From: Oscillospiraceae bacterium
Lineage (GTDB): Bacteria > Bacillota > Clostridia > Oscillospirales > Oscillospiraceae
Reading direction: 5' to 3'
NCBI GenBank assembly: GCA_050944015.1
Contig: JBMNQG010000026.1
Span: forward strand, 1 to 27,284
DNA: 27,284 nucleotides
Position numbers and translations under genes: made by a program
Shown: in pieces, positions 14,779 through 22,930 of the stretch
How the letters are laid out: the number at the start of each line of letters is the position of its first letter
Position numbering within the stretch: the stretch's first letter is position 1
The notes under the pieces: generated by a model
Seen by the model: the letters and a program-made list of their open reading frames with translations, nothing else
The model's database searches: none
Told to the model about the DNA's origin: nothing

Positions 14779-16011
14779 ATGAAACGTACCGATACCTTTA
14801 CCAAAATAACCGCCGCGCTGCTTTTCACGGCAATCGTGGCTTACATTGGCGTATATATAGCCCGCTCGATGTCCAATTCGGTGCAGACGGCGCCGGCGGT
14901 GGTCTCCACCATCCGGGACACAGGCCCGGCGGTGGGGATAATCATACGGGACGAACTGGTAATTGAGAGCGATAAGGAAAACATCGACATCACCGCCGCC
15001 GAGGGGGAACGGGTGGCAAAAGGCGCCGTCGTCGCCATGGCCTATGGAAGCGACGGCGCCCTGGCGCGAGCCAGCCGCATTCGGGAGCTGGAGCTGGAGA
15101 TACAGAGGGCGGAGACCCTCCTTGGCAGCCTTTCCACCGCCGAGGATCTGAGCGCCCGGGACGCCGCCGTCCGCTCCGCGGTGCTGGAGCTCAGCGCCGC
15201 CGTTGCCCGCCACGAGCTGGCGGATTTGGACAGAAGGTGCCTGAGCCTGAAATCCCTGGTTTTCAGACAGGGCAACGAGACCATGACCCAGGGCAAGCTG
15301 GAGTCCCTAAAATCGGAGCTCGCGGGGCTTAAAGCCAGCTATTCTCCCGACACCGTGGAGATTACCGCCCAAAGCTCCGGCGTGTTTTCCAGAATCCTGG
15401 ACGGCTTCGAGCACCTGGAGGCGGGCAGCGTCTCCGGCTTCAGCCCCTCCAGGCTCAGGGAGCTCATGGACGACAGGCGGGAAGTCTCCCCCAAGTCCAT
15501 AGGCAAGCTGGTGTGCTCCTTCGACTGGCATTTCGCCGCCATAATGCCGGAGGAGGACGCAGAGCGCCTTCAGGAGGGCAGAAGCGCCCGCCTGGAGCTG
15601 GGCCGCTACTACAGCGAGCCGGTCACCGCCCGTGTGGCGGACATAGGGCCTTCGGAAAAGGGGGAACGCGTGGTCCTGTTCAACTGCAGCCAGGCCCTGG
15701 CGGAAACCCTGGCCATGCGCCAGGTGTCCGCGGAGGTCCTGTTTGACGAGTACTCCGGCATCCGGGTGCCGAAAAAAGCCGTCCACGTGGAGGAGGACGG
15801 CAGTCTGTATGTTTACACCCTTACGGGAATGCTGGTGGAGAAAAAATACGTGGACATCGTCTATGAGGCAGAGGACTACTACCTGATGGAGGCAGTTCCG
15901 CCGCCGGGGACCGGCGCCGACGCCGTTGTGGACACCTCCTCCTTCCTCCGGGAGGGCAACGAGATAATAGTGAGCGGAAAAAAACTCTATGACGGCAAGG
16001 TTTTGGAATAA
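14779..16011 (+). CDS. HlyD-like membrane-anchored protein (barrel-sandwich plus coiled-coil architecture)
   Basis: It has an N-terminal TM helix (ITAALLFTAIVAYIGVYI), a lipoyl-like segment (ITAAEGERVAKGAVVAMA), a coiled-coil-like stretch (RIRELELEIQRAETLL) and a beta-rich C-terminus. The family assignment comes from pattern recognition only. Confidence 0.55.
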   Translation: MKRTDTFTKITAALLFTAIVAYIGVYIARSMSNSVQTAPAVVSTIRDTGPAVGIIIRDELVIESDKENIDITAAEGERVAKGAVVAMAYGSDGALARASRIRELELEIQRAETLLGSLSTAEDLSARDAAVRSAVLELSAAVARHELADLDRRCLSLKSLVFRQGNETMTQGKLESLKSELAGLKASYSPDTVEITAQSSGVFSRILDGFEHLEAGSVSGFSPSRLRELMDDRREVSPKSIGKLVCSFDWHFAAIMPEEDAERLQEGRSARLELGRYYSEPVTARVADIGPSEKGERVVLFNCSQALAETLAMRQVSAEVLFDEYSGIRVPKKAVHVEEDGSLYVYTLTGMLVEKKYVDIVYEAEDYYLMEAVPPPGTGADAVVDTSSFLREGNEIIVSGKKLYDGKVLE

Positions 16012-16026
16012 AGCTGGTGTTAAAAC

Positions 16027-16713
16027 ATGTCTGTATTGGATAACATAAACAGTGTGAGAGAAAAGATAGCGCTTGCCGCCCGGGAGGCCGGCCGGGACCC
16101 CTCGGAAATCCTCCTGGTGGCGGCGGCCAAAACAAAAGGACCCGAGGCCATAAGAGAGGCCGTAGAGGCGGGAGTCTACGCCGTAGGGGAAAACAGGGTT
16201 CAGGAAATGCGGGCAAAGATGGAGCTGGGGGCCTACGAGGGCGCTCGCCTTCACTTTATCGGCCACCTGCAGAAAAACAAGGTTAAATACGTTGTGGGAG
16301 TCTGCGACCTTATCGAATCCGTGGATTCGCTGGACCTTCTGAAGCTTATCGACCGAAGGGCGGCCGCCATGGGGACTGTCCAGGACGTGCTGCTGGAAAT
16401 CAATATCGCCGGCGAGGGCACCAAGTCTCCTCTCCGGCCCGAGGAGCTGCCGGAAATCCTGGATTCAATGGGATATTTTCCCTGCGTCCGCGTTCGGGGG
16501 CTCATGGCCATACCGCCTGCCGCCCGGAAACCGGGGGAAAACAGGGCCTGGTTTGGCCGCATGTACAAGCTTTTTGTTGACATTGGAGCAAAAAAATACG
16601 ATAATGTCTGTATGGACTTCTTGTCCATGGGCATGAGCGGAGATTTTCCCGATGCCATTGCCGAGGGCGCTAACATGATACGTCTGGGAACGGCTATATT
16701 TGGCCCCAGGTAA
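16027..16713 (+). CDS. yggS: YggS/YlmE-family pyridoxal-phosphate homeostasis protein
   Basis: 228 aa with the lysine-containing motif LVAAAKTK, then HFIGHLQKNKVKY and LSMGMSGDF...IRLGTAIFG. It sits immediately upstream of sepF. Confidence 0.92.
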   Translation: MSVLDNINSVREKIALAAREAGRDPSEILLVAAAKTKGPEAIREAVEAGVYAVGENRVQEMRAKMELGAYEGARLHFIGHLQKNKVKYVVGVCDLIESVDSLDLLKLIDRRAAAMGTVQDVLLEINIAGEGTKSPLRPEELPEILDSMGYFPCVRVRGLMAIPPAARKPGENRAWFGRMYKLFVDIGAKKYDNVCMDFLSMGMSGDFPDAIAEGANMIRLGTAIFGPR

Positions 16714-16751
16714 CAAGCCCCCGCCTGACACAAACCTAGGGAGGGTTCGAT

Positions 16752-17255
16752 ATGGGTCTTTTCGATGAGCTTAGAAAGCTGACTCGTCCATACGACGACG
16801 AGGAAGAAGATTTTTTTGAAGAGGAAGATATGGAGACTGGCGCCGAGGTAGAAGAGCAGCCCTCTCAAAGCGCCTCGCAGAGCGGCCAGAAAAGCACCTC
16901 AAGATTTTCAGGTTTTGACCAGTACCGCAGCCAGGCGGTTCCGAAGCGGGACAGCAAGGTTGTGAACATACACAGCTCCTCTCAGGTTCAGGTTGTCCTT
17001 GTCAAGCCGGAGCGCTTTGAGGCCGCCGCCGAAATAGCCGACCACCTCAGAGAGAAGCGCACTATTGTCATGAACCTTGAGCAGACCAGCAAGGATGTCG
17101 CCCGCCGCCTTATTGACTTTTTAAGCGGCGTGGCCTACGCCCTGGACGGCAAAATCAAGAAAGTAGCCATCAGCACTTATATAATCACCCCCTATAACGT
17201 CGACCTTATGGGCGACCTTATAGACGAACTGGAAAGCAACGGGCTGTACTTTTAG
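16752..17255 (+). CDS. sepF: Cell division protein SepF
   Basis: It has an acidic N-terminus and a conserved C-terminal domain (VVLVKPERFEAAAEIADHLREKRTIVMNL...DFLSGVAYALDGKIKKVAISTYIITP). Confidence 0.92.
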   Translation: MGLFDELRKLTRPYDDEEEDFFEEEDMETGAEVEEQPSQSASQSGQKSTSRFSGFDQYRSQAVPKRDSKVVNIHSSSQVQVVLVKPERFEAAAEIADHLREKRTIVMNLEQTSKDVARRLIDFLSGVAYALDGKIKKVAISTYIITPYNVDLMGDLIDELESNGLYF

Positions 17256-17413
17256 GCCGCACTTTTCGCTGCCGAAAAGCGCGAAATTAATATAGATTTT
17301 TTACGGGTTCCATACATAGCCTGCTTCCTCTCGGGAGGCACGGTTGCGTCTCGTGTGGCGCGCAACCAAGGGGTTATACTCCAGCTTAAAAAACGGAAAG
17401 GGTTGTGAACTTT

Positions 17414-18127
17414 ATGTTGACTCCTCAGGATATCAGAGAAAAAGTGTTTGAAAAAGCTGTCTTTGGCGGATACGACATGGCCGCCGTGGACGATTTTCTG
17501 GAGGAAGTCTCCAACGACTATGCCAGCCTCTACAAGGAAAACACCGTTCTAAAGAGCAAGATTAAGGTACTGGTGGAAAAGGTTGAGGAGTACCGCTCCT
17601 CCGAGGAAGCCATGCGCCTGGCCCTGCTCTCCGCCCAGAAGCTGGGCGTACAAATTGAGAACGAAGCCCGGGAGAAGAGCGAAAGCATCCTGGCCGCCGC
17701 CAAGAAAGAGGCTGAAAAAATAACGAAGCAAGCCAAGCTGGAGGTGGCCAACGAAAAGGCCCGCCTTGTGGAGGCGAAGAAGAGTTCCGCCCAGTTTATT
17801 GAAAATCTGCGCCAGCTCTGCGTCAAGCAGCTGGATTTTCTCGATACCCTCAATGAGTTCGAGCTGTCTGAAGAGGAGCCCGCCGCTCCCCAGCCGGGGG
17901 AGACGGACAAGGAGCTGGCGGACACAGTCCGCAGCATTGAGGACTCCGTAGCCAAGGCGGCTTCCGAGCCGGAGCCGGATATAAAAATCCATACGGAAGG
18001 CGAGGCTGAGGAGGATAACGGCCAACCCACCAAGCTGTATAACTTCGGCAAGGAGCTGGGCAAGGACGCTCCCACCGCCAAGTTCAGCCTTGATAATCTG
18101 CGTTTTGGCAGCAACTACAGCAAATAG
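17414..18127 (+). CDS. divIVA: DivIVA-domain cell-division/polar scaffold protein
   Basis: It has the N-terminal DivIVA motif MLTPQDIREKVFEKAVFGGYDMAAVDDFLEEV, followed by a coiled coil and an acidic tail. I prefer the ATG at 17414 over the GTG at 17405. Confidence 0.88.
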   Translation: MLTPQDIREKVFEKAVFGGYDMAAVDDFLEEVSNDYASLYKENTVLKSKIKVLVEKVEEYRSSEEAMRLALLSAQKLGVQIENEAREKSESILAAAKKEAEKITKQAKLEVANEKARLVEAKKSSAQFIENLRQLCVKQLDFLDTLNEFELSEEEPAAPQPGETDKELADTVRSIEDSVAKAASEPEPDIKIHTEGEAEEDNGQPTKLYNFGKELGKDAPTAKFSLDNLRFGSNYSK

Positions 18128-18157
18128 CCGTTTATTTACAGTCCAGACAGAGATATT

Positions 18158-18210
18158 GGGGCGGGGCAGAGCGTGGGCAACGCCTGGCCCCGTCCTTTGA
18201 ATGTTTTATT
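18158..18210 (+). terminator. Rho-independent terminator after divIVA
   Basis: An imperfect GC-rich stem (GGGCGGGGCAGAGCG...CGCCTGGCCCCGTCC, 18159-18195) is followed by TTTGAATGTTTTATTGTT. Confidence 0.6.
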
Positions 18211-18245
18211 GTTGAAATATATACAGACGATTGGAGTTAGCAGAC

Positions 18246-21053
18246 ATGCCTCAGGATTACAACTCTACTTTGAACCTACCGAAAACAGATTTCCCCATGC
18301 GGGCTTCCCTGCCGAAAAGGGAGCCCGACATGCTCAAAGAATGGTACGACATGAACCTGTACCAGAAAATCATGGAGAAAAATGAGGGCAAACCCCTGTT
18401 CATTCTCCACGACGGGCCGCCATTTTCCAACGGGTACATCCATATGGGCACGGCCCTGAACAAGTGCCTTAAGGATTTCATAGTCCGGTACAAGAACATG
18501 ACCGGATACCAGGCCCCCTACACACCCGGCTGGGACAACCACGGAATGCCCATTGAGAGCGCAATCATAAAACAGCACAAGCTGGACCGTAAGAAGATGT
18601 CCGTTTCCGCGTTCCGCAACGAATGCAAGAAGTTCGCGGAAAAGTTCGTAAACATTCAAAGGGAACAGTTCAAGCGCCTCGGTGTGCTGGGGGACTGGGA
18701 CAACCCCTATCTCACCATGTCCCCCGAGTTCGAGGCGGAGGAAGTCAAGGTATTCGGCAAGATGTATGAGAAGGGCTATATTTACAGGGGCAAAAAGCCC
18801 GTGTACTGGTGCCCTCACGACGAGACCGCTCTGGCGGAGGCGGAGATTGAATACGCAGACGACCCCTGCGAGTCCATTTACGTCAAGTTCCCCGTAAAGG
18901 ACGACAGGGGCAAGCTCTCAAAGTACGCCGACCTGAAAGACATCTACTTCATCATATGGACCACCACTACCTGGACCATTCCGGGCAACCTGGCCATATG
19001 CCTTAACCCGGATTTAGACTATATTCTGGCCAAGGCCCCTTCCGAGGAGGTCTATATCATAGCCAAAGAGCCGGCGGGCAGCGTGGCCGAGGCCAGCGGC
19101 ATTGAGAGTTTTGAGACCCTCGCCGAGATGAAGGGCTCCGAGTTTGAGCTGATGGCAGCGAAACACCCCCTCTTTGACAGGGACAGCGTGATACTGCTGG
19201 GCGAGCACGTCACACTGGACGCGGGCACCGGCTGCGTCCACACCGCCCCCGGACACGGCCAGGAGGACTACGAAATCGTGCGCAAGTACGACGCCTCCGG
19301 CAAAACCAGTATCGGCGTCATCGTCCCCGTGGACGACAGGGGCTATATGACGGAAGAGGCAGGCCAGTTCAGGGGATTGCTTTATTCCGAGGCCAACAAG
19401 GCCATAGTTGAGGCCCTCCGCCAGCGGGGAATGCTGCTGGCCAGCAAGACCATCACCCACCAGTATCCCCACTGCTGGAGATGCAAGGAGCCCATCCTCT
19501 ACAGGGCAACGGACCAGTGGTTCTGCTCCGTGGAAGCCTTCAAGGAGGAGGCAGTGCGGGCCTGCGACCACGTGACCTGGCTGCCTGATTGGGGCCACGA
19601 CAGGATGGTCTCCATGATCCGTGAGCGGGCCGACTGGTGCATTTCCAGGCAGCGGCACTGGGGCCTGCCCATTCCCGTTTTCTACTGCTCGGACTGCGGA
19701 AAACCTGTCTGCACCCCCGAAACCATAGAATCCGTATCCGGGATTTTCGCCGAAAAGGGCGCCAACGCCTGGTTTGACCTGGAGGCTAAGGACCTGCTCC
19801 CCGAGGGCTTTACCTGCCCCCACTGCGGAGGCGGCGCCTTCACCAAGGAGACGGACACCCTGGACGGCTGGTTTGACTCCGGCTCCACCCATGTGGCCTC
19901 CATGGAGCTTAACGCCCCCGGCGTCTGGCCCTCCGACATGTATTTGGAGGGCGGCGACCAGTACCGCGGCTGGTTCCAGTCCTCGCTTCTTACCGCCGTG
20001 GCCTGCAAGGGCTCCGCGCCCTACAAAATCGTCCTCACCCACGGCTGGACCGTGGACGGGGAGGGCAAGGCCATGCACAAGTCCCTGGGGAACAGCATAC
20101 TGCCCGACGAGCTGATTCCCAAATACGGCGCAGACCTGCTGAGGCTCTGGGCCGCCTCCTCGGATTACCGGGCGGACATGCGCTGCAGCGACGCCATCTT
20201 CAAGCAGCTTTCCGACAAGTACCTGAAAATCCGCAACACCGCCCGCTTCATTCTGGGCAACCTCCACGGCTTCGATCCCGACAATCCGGTGGCCTACGAG
20301 GACCTGCTGCCCATAGACAAGTGGGCCCTGAGCCGGCTGAACAACCTGATTGAAAAGTGCCTGGCGGCGTACGAAAGGTACGAGTTCCACATGGCGACCT
20401 ACGCCATCCACAACTTCTGCGTTGTGGACATGTCCAATCTATATCTGGACATCATCAAGGACAGACTATATTGCGAAGGCAGGGACAGCCTGGCGAGAAG
20501 AAGCGGGCAGACCTCCATATTCTACATTCTGGACGCCATGGTAAGGCTTCTTGCCCCCGTTCTTTCCTTTACGGCCAACGAAATCTGGCTGGCCATGCCC
20601 CACACCAAAGCCGACGACGCCAGACATGTAATGCTCAACGACATGCCCAAGGTCAGGGAGGAGTGGAAGCTGGACCAGAGGACCCAGGACTACTGGGACA
20701 GTTCCCTGCGCCTGCGGGACGACGTGAACAAGGCCCTGGAGCTGGCCCGGGCGGAAAAGATGATAGGCAAACCCCTGGAGGCAAAGGTAACCCTTTACGT
20801 CTCCGACGCCGCCAGGGAGAGTTTCGAGCAGATTGCCGGCCAGGACTTTAAGACCCTGTTCATTACTTCCGAAGTGGAGGCTGTTTTCGGCCAGGGAGAA
20901 GGCTACGCCGGCGAGGATTTCCCCGGCGTCACCATTAAGGTGGAAGCCTGCAGCAAGCCCAAGTGCGTAAGGTGCTGGACACACAGTTCCTCTGTGGGAG
21001 AAAGCAATGAACACCCTGAGCTTTGCGCCCGCTGCGTCCAGGCTATAGGGTGA
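18246..21053 (+). CDS. ileS: Isoleucyl-tRNA synthetase (type 1, C-terminal zinc-finger)
   Basis: It has HIGH-like PPFSNGYIHMGT and KMSKS-like KMHKSLGN motifs, a CP1 editing domain, and C-terminal CVRCW...CARC. I prefer the ATG at 18246 (MPQDYNSTLNLPKTDFPMRA) over the TTG at 18231. Confidence 0.96.
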   Translation: MPQDYNSTLNLPKTDFPMRASLPKREPDMLKEWYDMNLYQKIMEKNEGKPLFILHDGPPFSNGYIHMGTALNKCLKDFIVRYKNMTGYQAPYTPGWDNHGMPIESAIIKQHKLDRKKMSVSAFRNECKKFAEKFVNIQREQFKRLGVLGDWDNPYLTMSPEFEAEEVKVFGKMYEKGYIYRGKKPVYWCPHDETALAEAEIEYADDPCESIYVKFPVKDDRGKLSKYADLKDIYFIIWTTTTWTIPGNLAICLNPDLDYILAKAPSEEVYIIAKEPAGSVAEASGIESFETLAEMKGSEFELMAAKHPLFDRDSVILLGEHVTLDAGTGCVHTAPGHGQEDYEIVRKYDASGKTSIGVIVPVDDRGYMTEEAGQFRGLLYSEANKAIVEALRQRGMLLASKTITHQYPHCWRCKEPILYRATDQWFCSVEAFKEEAVRACDHVTWLPDWGHDRMVSMIRERADWCISRQRHWGLPIPVFYCSDCGKPVCTPETIESVSGIFAEKGANAWFDLEAKDLLPEGFTCPHCGGGAFTKETDTLDGWFDSGSTHVASMELNAPGVWPSDMYLEGGDQYRGWFQSSLLTAVACKGSAPYKIVLTHGWTVDGEGKAMHKSLGNSILPDELIPKYGADLLRLWAASSDYRADMRCSDAIFKQLSDKYLKIRNTARFILGNLHGFDPDNPVAYEDLLPIDKWALSRLNNLIEKCLAAYERYEFHMATYAIHNFCVVDMSNLYLDIIKDRLYCEGRDSLARRSGQTSIFYILDAMVRLLAPVLSFTANEIWLAMPHTKADDARHVMLNDMPKVREEWKLDQRTQDYWDSSLRLRDDVNKALELARAEKMIGKPLEAKVTLYVSDAARESFEQIAGQDFKTLFITSEVEAVFGQGEGYAGEDFPGVTIKVEACSKPKCVRCWTHSSSVGESNEHPELCARCVQAIG

Positions 21054-21122
21054 TTGCGATAGATTCCCGCCCTTGGAAGGCGACGCTTTGCAATTGAATT
21101 TTCGGGACAGGAGGAACCGACA

Positions 21123-21923
21123 ATGCTGTATGCAATAGTTACGGTACTCATATTAATCCTCGACCAGGGCCTTAAATACTGGACCACCCTCAACATCCCC
21201 TACGGCGACGGCGTCAGGAATCTGATTCCCGGGTTTATCCGCCTTACAAACATTCACAATTACGGCGCCGCCTTCGGCATACTTCAAAACACCAGGTGGC
21301 TGCTGATAGCCGTCACAGTGATATTCGCCGTTGCCGTAATCCTGCTGGTGTCAACAAAGACCATCAAGGGGGCTTTCGGCCGGTGGACGGCCATCATGGT
21401 GCTGGCCGGCGCCCTTGGCAACGGCATTGATCGCGTTCTCCACGGCTACGTTGTGGACATGCTGGAGTTTGAATTTATAAACTTTGAGGTCTTCAACGTG
21501 GCGGACATATTCATTACCGTCGGCGGCATACTCTTATGCCTGTACGTAATTTTCCAAAGGGACGCCATAGAGCTTAAAAAGCGCGAAAAGCCCAGGAGCA
21601 TGCCCGACGGCAGGAACCTTCAGGGCGGAGCCGACATACGCATGGTGCAAAAGCCCAGGCTGACCAGGGAAATGATTTCCGACCCCGTCCTTGCGGCCGC
21701 TGCCGCCGCCGAGGCCTCCAAGGCGGAGGCCGCGCGGCAAGCTCCCCCAAAGGAGAAGGCGGCTAAGGAAGCAGCCGCCAAGAGAACCGCCGCCGGGGAC
21801 GCGGCAACTCAAATATCGGAGTCTCCCAGGCAGCCTGAAAAGAAGCAGGCCTTTGCTGAACTTGACGAATCCGAACTGAATTTTACGCTGGAGGACATTT
21901 TGGCGGAGTTTTCTGACAAATGA
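21123..21923 (+). CDS. lspA: Lipoprotein signal peptidase II (LspA) with a long C-terminal extension
   Basis: The first ~145 aa form a canonical four-TM LspA (NYGAAFG, GNGIDR, FNVADIFI). The remaining ~120 aa are an Ala/Lys/Glu/Pro-rich low-complexity tail. Confidence 0.88.
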   Translation: MLYAIVTVLILILDQGLKYWTTLNIPYGDGVRNLIPGFIRLTNIHNYGAAFGILQNTRWLLIAVTVIFAVAVILLVSTKTIKGAFGRWTAIMVLAGALGNGIDRVLHGYVVDMLEFEFINFEVFNVADIFITVGGILLCLYVIFQRDAIELKKREKPRSMPDGRNLQGGADIRMVQKPRLTREMISDPVLAAAAAAEASKAEAARQAPPKEKAAKEAAAKRTAAGDAATQISESPRQPEKKQAFAELDESELNFTLEDILAEFSDK

Positions 21924-22843
21924 CTACGAGGACAATAACGGTAACTGCACAGGAGAGCGGAGAGCGTATCGACGCTCTCCTTGCCCGTCTTTTGCCGGAC
22001 ATATCCCGCAGCGCCGCCCAAAAGCTGCTGGAGTCCGGCGCCGTTACCAAGGACGGGCGGCCTTTGAAAAAAAACTATAAGGTAACCAGCGGCGAGAGCT
22101 TTCTGGTTGAAATGCCGGAGCCTGAAAACCTGCAGGTGCTGCCCCAGGACATACCTTTGGAGATTGTCTACGAGGACGACGACCTGATAGTAGTAAACAA
22201 GCCCCAGGGCATGGTGGTACACCCGGCGCCGGGCCACTATGAGGGCACATTGGTAAACGCCCTGATGCACCACTGCGGGGACAGCCTTTCCGGCATAGGC
22301 GGGGTTTTGCGGCCGGGCATAGTGCACAGGCTGGACAAGGACACCTCCGGCCTGATAATCGCCGCGAAGAACGACTTTGCCCACCAGTCCCTGTCCCGGC
22401 AGCTGTCAAGCCGCAGCCTGAGCCGGGTTTACGAGACCATAGTCCTGGGCAGGATCAGACAGGACAGCGGCACAGTCGACGCCCCCATTGGACGGCACCC
22501 CACCCAGCGGAAGCTCATGGCGGTGACGGACAAAAACTCCCGCCCCGCAGTAACCCACTACGAGGTAATAAACCGGTACAGGAACCACACCCACCTGCGC
22601 TGCCGGCTGGAAACCGGCCGGACCCACCAAATCCGGGTACATATGGCCCACATGGGCCATCCGGTCCTGGGGGACCCGGTTTACGGCCGGAAAAGGAACC
22701 AGAAAGGGCTGTCCGGGCAGTGTCTTCACGCAAAGCAGCTTAAGTTTGTCCACCCCCGCACCGGGGAGCAGATAGAGCTGAGCTGCGACCTGCCGGAATA
22801 TTTCATTAAGGCCCTCTCCCAGCTGGGCCCTCCGGAAAACTGA
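21920..22843 (+). CDS. rluD: 23S rRNA pseudouridine synthase, RluD/RluA family
   Basis: It has an S4 domain followed by the catalytic motif HRLDKDTSGLI and GRTHQIRVH. The ATGA overlap with the lspA stop matches the Bacillus lspA-ylyB order. Confidence 0.92.
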   Translation: MTTRTITVTAQESGERIDALLARLLPDISRSAAQKLLESGAVTKDGRPLKKNYKVTSGESFLVEMPEPENLQVLPQDIPLEIVYEDDDLIVVNKPQGMVVHPAPGHYEGTLVNALMHHCGDSLSGIGGVLRPGIVHRLDKDTSGLIIAAKNDFAHQSLSRQLSSRSLSRVYETIVLGRIRQDSGTVDAPIGRHPTQRKLMAVTDKNSRPAVTHYEVINRYRNHTHLRCRLETGRTHQIRVHMAHMGHPVLGDPVYGRKRNQKGLSGQCLHAKQLKFVHPRTGEQIELSCDLPEYFIKALSQLGPPEN

Positions 22844-22855
22844 ACGTATAAAATA

Positions 22856-22889
22856 AAAAGAGCCAGAGCCGCCAGTGGCGGCTCTTTTT
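22856..22889. terminator. Bidirectional terminator between convergent rluD and the flavin oxidoreductase gene
   Basis: A 9-bp stem AGAGCCGCC/GGCGGCTCT (22865-22885) is flanked by AAAATAAAAAG on the 5' side and TTTTA on the 3' side. Confidence 0.8.
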
Positions 22890-22930
22890 ATTAGCGCAAT
22901 TTTCTATTTTCATGCAGCTTGTTATCCGGA

